NCBI GenBank assembly: GCA_028704015.1
Contig: JAQVLT010000005.1
Coordinates: 10,820-74,819 of the forward strand
Length of the DNA stretch: 64,000 bases
Source: Patescibacteria group bacterium
GTDB lineage: Bacteria; Patescibacteriota; Patescibacteriia; Patescibacteriales; JAQVLT01
Direction of reading: 5' to 3'
The translations under genes and the position numbers were made by a program. Below, in pieces: positions 36,901 through 44,807 of this stretch. Numbering within the stretch: position 1 is the stretch's first letter; every line of letters starts with the position of its first letter. Under the pieces are notes generated by a model. The model made no database searches, was not told where the DNA came from, and saw nothing but the letters and a program-made list of their open reading frames with translations.

Positions 36901-38457
36901 TTATCGCGAACAGTTACCACCTTCAGCAATCCGCCACTGGTGGCAAGGATACGAATCAATTTGCATATTCCAAATTCCGCTAGGATTACCTAACGAATCA
37001 TAAAAATCCCAGTCAAAATAAGTTGATTGAATTTTCATTTCATTGGTTGTTTTACCTTCCACTCCATTGCAAACTCCGTCACCACTATAATTTGATTGTC
37101 CCGTTGATTCTTTATTCCAATAAGAATATGCACAGACTAAATGGTCATTTACACCGAACAAACCTCCGACGTAAGATGAACCAATTACCTCACCTCCAGC
37201 ATAACTATTTATAATTGATCCGTTATAAGCTTCACCAGCTAATCCACCAATTCTTGATACGCCGCTTACATAGCCAAAACTATAAGAATTTGAAATTGTC
37301 CCTTGTTTTAAATAGCCAAGCAAGCCGCCTATTCTATTCTGGCCACCTACCGATCCAGTCGAAAAAGAATTTGAAATCGTAGAGATAACGGCATATCCTA
37401 ATTGTCCAACCAATCCGCCAAGATAATCATTACCATTTACATTGCCGACAGCATAAGAGTTAATGATTGAACCATTCAAATCCCCGACTAAACCACCGAC
37501 CATATTTCCAGCGCTTGTTACAGCACATTCCGAATAACAACCAGATATAGCCAAAACATTTTGTTCTGTAGCTACTAAGCCGCCACCCAAAGCGACCAAA
37601 CCTCCTGCTTCGCCAAATGTGCTAGTTATTGTACCGGAGGTATGACAATTGGTTATTTGAGTACTCTCGGCTGTTCCTGCTAAACCGCCAACAAAACGAT
37701 AACCTGTAATATTTTCATTTATCAATCCAATATTTTTTATCTCCGCATTTTTAGTATAACCAAACAACCCAATATGAGTATAATTTGCAGGATATTCCGC
37801 GGGTGAAAAAGGTCTATTAATATACAAATTACTGATTGTATGTTCCCCTCCATCGAACACCCCTGAAAATTTATCACCAAAAACTGAATTACCAATAGGT
37901 TTAAATCCTTTACCATCATTCCAGCTCTGTGTTTCCGCGCAATCAACATCCTGAGTTAAAATATAATTTCCATCCAAGGGATAGTCGGTGGTGTCATCAC
38001 CAATCTTTTGCAACTCTTCGCAACTACTAATTGCCGTAATGACTGCAACCGACCCGGCATTTTCAAAACTAGCTTCTACGGCTCGAGTAGTTTTCCCATA
38101 AGTACCCACGGAACTAAAAGTGATATACTCATTAGTTAAATTATAATCAACTGAATAATTGGAACCATTAATTAAATTACCGGAGAACACATTGGCTTGC
38201 GAATAATTAGGAAGCGTATAACTATTTTTTTGCATTTCCCAAATAGATTTTTCTATACCTGTTTCCGCGGCAAAATAAGCCTTAACAGAATCTTTCTGTG
38301 TTTGGCTCATACGCAAACCCGATACCGCAATATTGGTCGCTCCCAAAGCGACCAAAAGAATAGCAGATAAAATCAAAAGAGTCATTAACAAGGCGGAACC
38401 TTGCTGATTGGGTTTGGGAAAGTTTTTATAAAATTTTATTTTTATTTTTTTAAACAC
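36901..38457 (-). CDS. PilX-like minor-pilin N-terminus fused to a GLUG-repeat adhesin-like domain
   Basis: The N-terminus QQGSALLMTLLILSAILLVALGATNIAV resembles the PilX_N segment. Residues ~229-445 carry about 8 GLUG-type repeats (VGGLAG, GGLVGDLNGSIINSYAVGNVNG, LGGLVGQ, IGGLLGY, IGGLAGE, VGGLFG). GTG start. Confidence 0.7.
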   Translation of the reverse strand: MFKKIKIKFYKNFPKPNQQGSALLMTLLILSAILLVALGATNIAVSGLRMSQTQKDSVKAYFAAETGIEKSIWEMQKNSYTLPNYSQANVFSGNLINGSNYSVDYNLTNEYITFSSVGTYGKTTRAVEASFENAGSVAVITAISSCEELQKIGDDTTDYPLDGNYILTQDVDCAETQSWNDGKGFKPIGNSVFGDKFSGVFDGGEHTISNLYINRPFSPAEYPANYTHIGLFGYTKNAEIKNIGLINENITGYRFVGGLAGTAESTQITNCHTSGTITSTFGEAGGLVALGGGLVATEQNVLAISGCYSECAVTSAGNMVGGLVGDLNGSIINSYAVGNVNGNDYLGGLVGQLGYAVISTISNSFSTGSVGGQNRIGGLLGYLKQGTISNSYSFGYVSGVSRIGGLAGEAYNGSIINSYAGGEVIGSSYVGGLFGVNDHLVCAYSYWNKESTGQSNYSGDGVCNGVEGKTTNEMKIQSTYFDWDFYDSLGNPSGIWNMQIDSYPCHQWRIAEGGNCSR

Positions 38458-38556
38458 AGTGGATTATAATTTTAAATATTAAACTCTAAACTTTAATTGA
38501 ATAAAAAATTTTAAATGATAAATTATTTATTATAATTTTGTTAATTAGTAATTTAA

Positions 38557-38613
38557 TCATTTGTTCATTTAAAATTGATTTAAAATTTATAATTTAATAT
38601 TTAAAATTTGTGA
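38557..38613. promoter_or_regulatory. conserved AT-rich intergenic element with phased ATTTAAAATT boxes, copy A
   Basis: About 57 nt, nearly identical to 44747..44804. Boxes start at 38567, 38578 and 38599 (11- and 21-bp spacing). The element abuts the stop codon of the upstream gene. Confidence 0.5.
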
Positions 38614-39180
38614 TTACTGGTATTGTCTAGACGATATTGTTGTCTGAATTTTCATACTTTGGCTAGTACCTCCTTTAACCGGTATTTCAATATCTGCGAC
38701 AATTGTGACACGAGGTTGCGCGCTGTTATCTACTAAAAAATTTAAACCAATTATTTTCATCTCTTCCGAAGTAATAAAGGCCTGAGCCCCATTACGATCA
38801 AGTAATATCATTGAATTTTCTCCTCCTTTACTACTCCAAGTATATGAAACACACTCGCCATATTGATTTATAAAAGCTAATTTCGAATTATTAGGAACAT
38901 TATAAACTCGGTAAACTTCTCCTGCTCCCACGAGATCGCAGAGATCTGTATCGGTTCCTTTTTGTGCCATTCTTATTTCCTTTGCCATGGTTTCAAAAGC
39001 ATAGCGCATATTTTCCTGAATATTCGCCGTAGTAATTGCGGTGCGCTGGCTAGATAAAACTAATTGAAATAATGAGGTTACAACGAGCATTATCAAAGAA
39101 AACAAACCAACGGCAATAACTATCTCTAATAGGGAAAAGCCGTCTTTGTTAATATTAATTTTTTTACGAAATAAACCCAT
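38614..39180 (-). CDS. type IV pilin-like minor pilin (PilW/GspJ-like)
   Basis: Prepilin-type N-terminus KDG|FSLLEIVIAVGLFSLIMLVV (G-F-x-x-x-E cleavage/methylation motif). Confidence 0.65.
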   Translation of the reverse strand: MGLFRKKININKDGFSLLEIVIAVGLFSLIMLVVTSLFQLVLSSQRTAITTANIQENMRYAFETMAKEIRMAQKGTDTDLCDLVGAGEVYRVYNVPNNSKLAFINQYGECVSYTWSSKGGENSMILLDRNGAQAFITSEEMKIIGLNFLVDNSAQPRVTIVADIEIPVKGGTSQSMKIQTTISSRQYQ

Positions 39181-39198
39181 AAATTTTAATTCAAGCTG

Positions 39199-39681
39199 CT
39201 ATTTCCAATTATATAAAACTGTTTCAGCAACATAACTGTTTGTTTGCGTTCCTGTAGTCCATTCAACGGTGCAAATTACCGTAATTGATATGCTAGAATT
39301 ATTTGTTATACTAATTAACCTAGTAAACGAAGTCGGGATAGCGCCTTCGTGAGCATAATAACCATCACTATTTATAAATAATTTTTTATTTCCGGAAAAA
39401 AGAGAAATATTACCAGTATAATCAATGATATAATTGCCGGCAGACAAACCGCTATCCCAATTGTCCCCTATTTTCCAATTACTATCGCGTTTGTTTCTCA
39501 CTAATTCAATTCCTTCTTGTGCTAATTGAGACGCAATTAAAGTATTTTTATCAATATTTTGCGCCTTAATGCTTTGCATAACGAGCGAAGAAACGCCAAG
39601 TAAACCCATGGCGACAATAAAAACAACCACCATAATTTCTACAATACTAAATCCTTTTTCTTTTATAAATTTAAATTTCAT
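39199..39681 (-). CDS. type IV pilin-like minor pilin (PilV-like)
   Basis: EKG|FSIVEIMVVVFIVAMGLLGVSSL, followed by LAQEGIELVR, typical of PilV-type proteins. Confidence 0.65.
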   Translation of the reverse strand: MKFKFIKEKGFSIVEIMVVVFIVAMGLLGVSSLVMQSIKAQNIDKNTLIASQLAQEGIELVRNKRDSNWKIGDNWDSGLSAGNYIIDYTGNISLFSGNKKLFINSDGYYAHEGAIPTSFTRLISITNNSSISITVICTVEWTTGTQTNSYVAETVLYNWK

Positions 39682-39699
39682 TTTTAGATTTACAAATTA

Positions 39700-40260
39700 T
39701 TATTTTACTTCTATTAGCCCAAAGAAATTAATATCAATTTCCTTAGTTAAACCATTTCGCACATCTTTTAGGACAATTTTTGCGTTATAATATTTTGTAC
39801 CGACAATATAAACAGTCGGGTCGGGCGGAAGAAAAGTAATATTTAAAACCTCACTTGACGTTTCAAAATTTGCACCATATTGTATTGAATCAACAACAAT
39901 ATTTGCGGGAAAAATAACTTCTTTCGCGCTTTTTGTTTTATCTGCCTCGCTAGGAGATGCTGTGTATGATTTATCACCGTCAACATCGGCAAAAATATAA
40001 TATTTATTATTACTTTTATCAATATAAAAACCCCAACCGCCGATAGGAAAATTACCTTCTCCGTAATTCACTAAACCTAAACTATAATTTTCCGCCAACC
40101 TAATATCGCTCGCCATTTGTTGAGCAGCAAAAATCAAATCTGCTCTTTGCGATGAAGCGCGATAATTAGCTAAAAAAATTCCAGTAATCAAAACAATAAC
40201 TGCGACGCTAACAAGCATCTCAACTAGAGTAAAACCATTTTTTCTTTCGAATTTCTTCAT
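39700..40260 (-). CDS. type IV pilin-like minor pilin (GspH/FimT-like)
   Basis: KNG|FTLVEMLVSVAVIVLITGIFLANYR, followed by AAQQMASDIRLAENYS as in GspH/FimT. Confidence 0.65.
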   Translation of the reverse strand: MKKFERKNGFTLVEMLVSVAVIVLITGIFLANYRASSQRADLIFAAQQMASDIRLAENYSLGLVNYGEGNFPIGGWGFYIDKSNNKYYIFADVDGDKSYTASPSEADKTKSAKEVIFPANIVVDSIQYGANFETSSEVLNITFLPPDPTVYIVGTKYYNAKIVLKDVRNGLTKEIDINFFGLIEVK

Positions 40261-40278
40261 TTTTTAGTCCTTCTATAC

Positions 40279-40306
40279 AAAAGCGAGACTTTAATATCTC
40301 GCTTTT
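40279..40306 (-). terminator. symmetric hairpin (AAAAGCGAGA-loop-TCTCGCTTTT) between the 393-aa gene and the pilin operon
   Basis: 6-bp GC-containing stem flanked by A4/T4 runs, 20 nt upstream of the pilin-operon ATG. It could terminate the upstream gene or act as a 5' leader structure. Confidence 0.4.
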
Positions 40307-40336
40307 ATTATACTATATTTACCCTTGACAATTCAA
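40307..40336 (-). promoter_or_regulatory. candidate sigma70-type promoter of the minor-pilin operon
   Basis: Minus strand reads TTGAAT - 18 nt - TATAAT (40336..40331 and 40312..40307). Confidence 0.35.
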
Positions 40337-40422
40337 GAACTATTTCATCAAATCTTGCCTTGTTAAAATGAATAAACATTCACCACTTACATTGATGATA
40401 AATGCCATCTGAACATTTAATT

Positions 40423-41604
40423 TTACTTTGGTTTTACTTCTTTAAAAATTGGCAGATTAGGGCATGGCTGAGTGAGAGCAGGAGACGTTGCATTACTTTC
40501 CAAGATGGTTGATGGAGTACCGCTAAATACCGTGTCTAACTTATAAGTAACATTCTTTAAGCTAGAATCTATCGGCTTGTCAGTATAAGAAGTAGTGCTG
40601 GCGGGAATACTTGCATTAATAGTTGAATAATTAACTCCATCAACGCTGCGTTTTAATTCATAATGATCTATTGTGCCGACTGGCGCTGACCATTCTAATT
40701 TAACGCCAGCGCAATTATAACTATCAACTACTAAGCCTGACGCCGCACAGTAGCTAGAAGTAAATCCTTGGCCATTAACATTGGGTGACCAGCTGGAATC
40801 ATAACCAGTCTGCCCCAAGGCTTTAACCCGGAAATAATAATTAGTGCTTGGCAAAACTATTCCCGTACAACTGACTATATTTGCCGCGGTAGCGCAAAAA
40901 GATGACCAGCTGGACTCGTCTTGGCTATAGTCTACTTCAAAACCTGTTTCATTGCTGGAATTGTCAGTCCAATTTACCGTCGCTAATTTGCAAGGACCGC
41001 TTGTATTACTAATAGCACCCATAGTTGGCGTGGCCGGATATGGTGTAGCATAGACTACTCCATAATCTGGACTTGTACCATTAAAACTAATCCAACCAAC
41101 GCCAGTGCCATCATTATTACCATTCCAAGCATAGCCGGAAAATTTGCCACTAACATCAATGGACACCCCATTAGTCCAAGTACCACTCATTTCCAACCAG
41201 CCGTTATCGCCCAAAGCCAAAACTTTTGCCCAACCCGCAACACTGCCGGTCGTTTTATCATATTTGACAGAATAATTCGGCGCTTGCGGATAGCCAGAAG
41301 AGGGGGCAAAATCAACCCAGCCAAGATTTGGGCTCCAGGCATAGCCGGAAAAATTTCCAGTGGCCGAATCAATGTTTACGCCGTAATCCGCCGTGCCGCA
41401 AGAACTGTCGTTCGTGCAATTAAAGCTAATCCAGCCGTAATTAGAACTCCAGGCATAGCCGGAAACGTTTTGGCTAGTGCCGGCCTGAGCGAGAGGTATT
41501 TGCTTGGACATTTCCAGCCAAACAAGACCGCATAGAAACAACGCGATGAAAAAAATAGAAATAAAAATTAGAGAAAAAAATTTTTGTGGCTTTTTATTAA
41601 ACAT
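40423..41604 (-). CDS. secreted/anchored protein with four Trp-rich SGYAWSxNxGWISF repeats and two FN3-like domains
   Basis: N-terminal hydrophobic helix. Repeats: NVSGYAWSSNYGWISFN, NFSGYAWSPNLGWVDFA, SVAGWAKVLALGDNGWLEMS, KFSGYAWNGNNDGTGVGWISFN. FN3-like segments: LATVNWTDNS...YYFRVKAL and VKLEWSAP...YELKRS. Confidence 0.6.
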   Translation of the reverse strand: MFNKKPQKFFSLIFISIFFIALFLCGLVWLEMSKQIPLAQAGTSQNVSGYAWSSNYGWISFNCTNDSSCGTADYGVNIDSATGNFSGYAWSPNLGWVDFAPSSGYPQAPNYSVKYDKTTGSVAGWAKVLALGDNGWLEMSGTWTNGVSIDVSGKFSGYAWNGNNDGTGVGWISFNGTSPDYGVVYATPYPATPTMGAISNTSGPCKLATVNWTDNSSNETGFEVDYSQDESSWSSFCATAANIVSCTGIVLPSTNYYFRVKALGQTGYDSSWSPNVNGQGFTSSYCAASGLVVDSYNCAGVKLEWSAPVGTIDHYELKRSVDGVNYSTINASIPASTTSYTDKPIDSSLKNVTYKLDTVFSGTPSTILESNATSPALTQPCPNLPIFKEVKPK

Positions 41605-41657
41605 GAAATAAAATTATTTTGATGGCTTATTATTGTCGCTTCTATCTAGATAATACC

Positions 41658-42404
41658 TTATTTGCAACATGCAACGACAAGTTTCTGGGAACAATCTGGC
41701 GGCAAAACACTACATCTATAGTCGTTAACCATCGACACGAATCTGCATTCCACTGCGCTACCATATAATCTATAATCATTAGAAGCCCAACCGTTACAAT
41801 CAGCCGGATGGGTTCCAGAATTTAACCCAAAAACACTATGAAACCAACTTCTTATAACGCTAGAATATCCTTTTTGCAATATTGCATTAATTTCTACGGA
41901 ATTACATACATGATAAGTTGAGTCACAACCATTTTGATGTATCCAGTCATTCATTGCTTTATAACCGCCTCCGTAATTATCACCAAAATATCCATCATGT
42001 TCTGCGGAGGTAAACTTAATTTGCACACTTCCCCAACTACCACTTGTTGCGTCGCTCCACTTATTTATGCAACTGCCCTCTAAACATAAAGAGCTAGAAG
42101 AGGCGGCGCCATTTACTTCCAATGCCGTCTGCGGGCTCGCTATGCCGATGCCGATATTACCAGTCGCGCTCACGTTACCATTAATACCCAAATTACCATT
42201 AACACCCAATGGCATATTAATAATGGCAGACGTTTCGGGTGTTGGGCTTTCATTAAATACTGGCGGATAAATATTGGAGCTAGGCGGCGTGGCAGACGGA
42301 GCTTGCCAAGCGGCAAAGACATAGCTTAAGGCTGCTGAAAAAATCAGTGCCAAAATAATAATTGCCGGGAAAAAAATTATTGGCTGAAAAAATTTTTTGT
42401 TCAT
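41658..42404 (-). CDS. secreted/anchored protein: AWQAPSATPP motif, G/N-rich segment, Cys-rich C-terminal domain
   Basis: N-terminal TM helix, then AWQAPSATPPSSNIYPPV, then GVNGNLGINGNVSATGNIGIGIASPQTALEVNG, then a 150-aa domain with about 11 Cys ending VVACCK. Confidence 0.55.
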   Translation of the reverse strand: MNKKFFQPIIFFPAIIILALIFSAALSYVFAAWQAPSATPPSSNIYPPVFNESPTPETSAIINMPLGVNGNLGINGNVSATGNIGIGIASPQTALEVNGAASSSSLCLEGSCINKWSDATSGSWGSVQIKFTSAEHDGYFGDNYGGGYKAMNDWIHQNGCDSTYHVCNSVEINAILQKGYSSVIRSWFHSVFGLNSGTHPADCNGWASNDYRLYGSAVECRFVSMVNDYRCSVLPPDCSQKLVVACCK

Positions 42405-42426
42405 ATAATTAAAAAAATAATTATTA

Positions 42427-42774
42427 CTATTCCATTTTTTTTAATAAATCTACAGCTGATTCCTCACTGCTTTTGGGCTGGGGATTGCTTTTTTTCATTT
42501 GCGACATTAATTTAACGAGTGTTTCTTTATTTTTTTCTAATTGCTTCGGATCTTGCGTGGCAGTAGGATTAGCTTTTTCCATTTCAACCATCAAATTTAT
42601 TAAATCCTGTTTTTTTTCTTCTGGTGTTTTTTCTTTTCTAACTTCTGTTTGTCCACCCCTTTTACTATTGGACAAATTTAGATTAACTTGCTTTCTATAA
42701 TACAAAAAACCCAAAATACCTGCTGTCATGAGGGAGAAAATTATTAAAATAATAATTACTGTTTTTGATCGCAT
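42427..42774 (-). CDS. small single-TM K/E-rich protein with an internal duplication
   Basis: TM helix VIIILIIFSLMTAGILGFLYY. Duplicated LINLMVEMEKANP / LVKLMSQMKKSNP. Confidence 0.5.
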   Translation of the reverse strand: MRSKTVIIILIIFSLMTAGILGFLYYRKQVNLNLSNSKRGGQTEVRKEKTPEEKKQDLINLMVEMEKANPTATQDPKQLEKNKETLVKLMSQMKKSNPQPKSSEESAVDLLKKME

Positions 42775-42821
42775 AAAATTAAACTTAGTCCGACTATAAT
42801 ATTATAACATTCTTATTTTCA

Positions 42822-43181
42822 TTAACCAAAAAAATAAGGCCAAAAAATTATCACTCCGATTATTACCGCGATTAACGACGCCAACATAACCGCCGCGGCC
42901 ATAATATCCTTGATATCCATTACATACTCATGAATGCGCGGCTTTAAAATATCGGCTACTCGTTCAACGGCGCTATTGGCTAATTCCATGAGCATCACTA
43001 AACCAATTACAAAAATTAAAAATAGCCATTCAGTTTTGGTGATACTAAAATAAACTCCTAACGCGATGACAACCACTGCAGTAAAAGTTTGAATTTTTAA
43101 ATTTTGCTCTTCGCGGAAAGTTTTGACAAAACCTTTAAAAGCGTAAGAAAAACTTTTAGCGAGGCGACGTAGTTTGATCAT
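42822..43181 (-). CDS. dgkA: diacylglycerol/undecaprenol kinase (DgkA family)
   Basis: 119 aa with three TM helices, the FREEQNLKIQ amphipathic N-terminus and ELANSAVE. Confidence 0.85.
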   Translation of the reverse strand: MIKLRRLAKSFSYAFKGFVKTFREEQNLKIQTFTAVVVIALGVYFSITKTEWLFLIFVIGLVMLMELANSAVERVADILKPRIHEYVMDIKDIMAAAVMLASLIAVIIGVIIFWPYFFG

Positions 43182-43184
43182 CTG

Positions 43185-43589
43185 TCAAAATTTTAAATTA
43201 TTAATAAACTTCTCTCCTATTTTAATCATTTTTGTTCTCTCTTTTTCAGTATTATCATCATAACCCAAGAGATGTAAAAGCCCGTGTGTCAAAATAAAAA
43301 TCAGTTCTTCGCGCGCGCTATGTTTGAGTTCGCGCGCTTGTCTTTTTATTTGAACAAAATTAATAATAATTTCTCCCAAAAAATCTCCTTCTCCTTCAAA
43401 AGACAAAACATCGGTTGATTTATCAATCCCCCGATATATTTTGTTTAACTTCTTAATTTTTTTGTCGCCAACAAATGCGATGGAAACCGCAAACTTTTCT
43501 TTTTTATAATATTTCAAAAATTTCTCCGCAACCAACTTAGACAGCTTAACATCAATCAGCATTTTAGTTGTATTATTAATTTCTACCAT
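43185..43589 (-). CDS. ybeY: rRNA maturation endoribonuclease YbeY
   Basis: Zinc motif HGLLHLLGYDD. 134 aa. Confidence 0.9.
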   Translation of the reverse strand: MVEINNTTKMLIDVKLSKLVAEKFLKYYKKEKFAVSIAFVGDKKIKKLNKIYRGIDKSTDVLSFEGEGDFLGEIIINFVQIKRQARELKHSAREELIFILTHGLLHLLGYDDNTEKERTKMIKIGEKFINNLKF

Positions 43590-43638
43590 AGCAAATTTTT
43601 ACATAAGCTTTAAACTTAAATACTTTTTAGCTTTATTA

Positions 43639-44616
43639 CTATTTTACTTCAAAACTTCTCACCAACAATTCAAAAATATTTTTATAAACTGGCTGGTTGT
43701 CAGCCGATGTGTAGGACAAAGCAAAAACATATTTACGCGCCTTATCTGAAAGATATACTACCAGTCCGTCGTTGCTCCTTATACCCTCCCAGTTGTCAAA
43801 AGAAATTTTGTCAGCATTATCAATCGTACTTACGGAAAACTGTTTTTTGTACCAACTATCAATGGAGTCTAAGCTAAGATTTTGCTGAGTTACAATCTGC
43901 AAAAAATGATTATCAGGAGAGCTGAAAATAATAGAATCATCACCGCCAGCCTTGCTCATTATCCAAACCGAAGGATACAAAACTTTATAACCATAAGTTT
44001 TATTTTCAAAAGTGGTAATATTTTTATTATCTGCTAATTTTCCCGATCCACTAGGATCATATAAGTTCATTAATTCAGCAAAATCTGAATAACCATCGCC
44101 ATCACTATCAATATTATTACTATTTATATTTAACAATTCTTCTTCTTTATTATTTAAGCCATCACTATCGCTGTCCGTCATAATAGTTTGTATTTCCGCT
44201 TGGCTCGTTGTCTCTATTTCGGAGGAAGTAGCGGTTGAAGTAGTAATTTCACTAACTACGGTAGTAGCGGTTTCAGTGGCCGAGGTTCCCTCCTCCACAG
44301 AAACTATTGGCTCAGAAACAACCGGCTCCGTTTCACCGGCAACGATTTGCTCAGTAGGCGCAATAGCTGGCTGTTTAATTATAAAATAATAAAAAACTGC
44401 GCCGACAGCAATCATTAGAATTGCTCCTCCAAAAATAATTATTATCCCAACTTTTTTCGTCTGGCTGATTCTAGCGCGCTCTTCCCGATATTTCTCCGGC
44501 ATTGAGTGAACTACAATTTCTTTATTTAATCTGTCCAAACGCTCTTTTTTTGCTTTTTCTTCTTTGCTCTCTTCGGAAACAACGCCAACTTCATTTTTCT
44601 TTTTAAATCCAAACAT
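43639..44616 (-). CDS. single-pass membrane protein with T/S/E-rich linker, thrombospondin type-3-like Ca-binding repeats and a C-terminal globular domain
   Basis: TM helix VGIIIIFGGAILMIAVGAVFYYFII, then DSDSDGLNNKEEE...DSDGDGYSDFAELMNLYDPSGSGKL. Confidence 0.6.
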   Translation of the reverse strand: MFGFKKKNEVGVVSEESKEEKAKKERLDRLNKEIVVHSMPEKYREERARISQTKKVGIIIIFGGAILMIAVGAVFYYFIIKQPAIAPTEQIVAGETEPVVSEPIVSVEEGTSATETATTVVSEITTSTATSSEIETTSQAEIQTIMTDSDSDGLNNKEEELLNINSNNIDSDGDGYSDFAELMNLYDPSGSGKLADNKNITTFENKTYGYKVLYPSVWIMSKAGGDDSIIFSSPDNHFLQIVTQQNLSLDSIDSWYKKQFSVSTIDNADKISFDNWEGIRSNDGLVVYLSDKARKYVFALSYTSADNQPVYKNIFELLVRSFEVK

Positions 44617-44649
44617 ATTTGGTTAATTTTAAATTATAAATTATAAATT

Positions 44650-44669
44650 CCTGCCTGCCGGCAGGCAGG
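44650..44669. repeat. GC palindrome family, copy 2 (CCTGCCTGCCGGCAGGCAGG, perfect)
   Basis: Perfect 20-nt palindrome in AT-rich intergenic DNA. Confidence 0.75.
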
Positions 44670-44746
44670 TTAATTGAATGACAAATTTCTTAATTTTAAA
44701 TTTTCTTTCAACTTCGCTGCTCTCTCTTCCGGATTATAATAATTTG

Positions 44747-44804
44747 TCATTTTATCATTTAAAATTGATTTAAAATTTAAAATTTGATATTTAAAATTTT
44801 GTGC
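44747..44804. promoter_or_regulatory. conserved AT-rich intergenic element with phased ATTTAAAATT boxes, copy B
   Basis: Aligns with 38557..38613 with about 5 mismatches. Boxes start at 44757, 44768 and 44789 (11- and 21-bp spacing). It abuts tandem TAA stops. Confidence 0.5.
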
Positions 44805-44807
44805 TTA

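Noticed and set aside
38461-38613. AT-rich intergenic repeats (also 55646..55724 and 58884..58982) considered as CRISPR or other arrays
   Set aside because: Units are 7-11 nt with no unique spacers of CRISPR size, and there are no cas genes. They are microsatellite or phased-box motifs.
41658-42404. Possible diversity-generating retroelement target (Cys-rich, lectin-like C-terminus in a CPR genome)
   Set aside because: No reverse transcriptase gene and no template/variable repeat pair could be found by eye anywhere in the window.
44670-44750. 26-codon ORF (MTNYYNPEERAAKLKENLKLRNLSFN) in the spacer, ending at the GC palindrome
   Set aside because: It has no SD. The similarity of its 3' end to the spacer at 38480..38560 is explained by the shared intergenic DNA element rather than by a conserved peptide.
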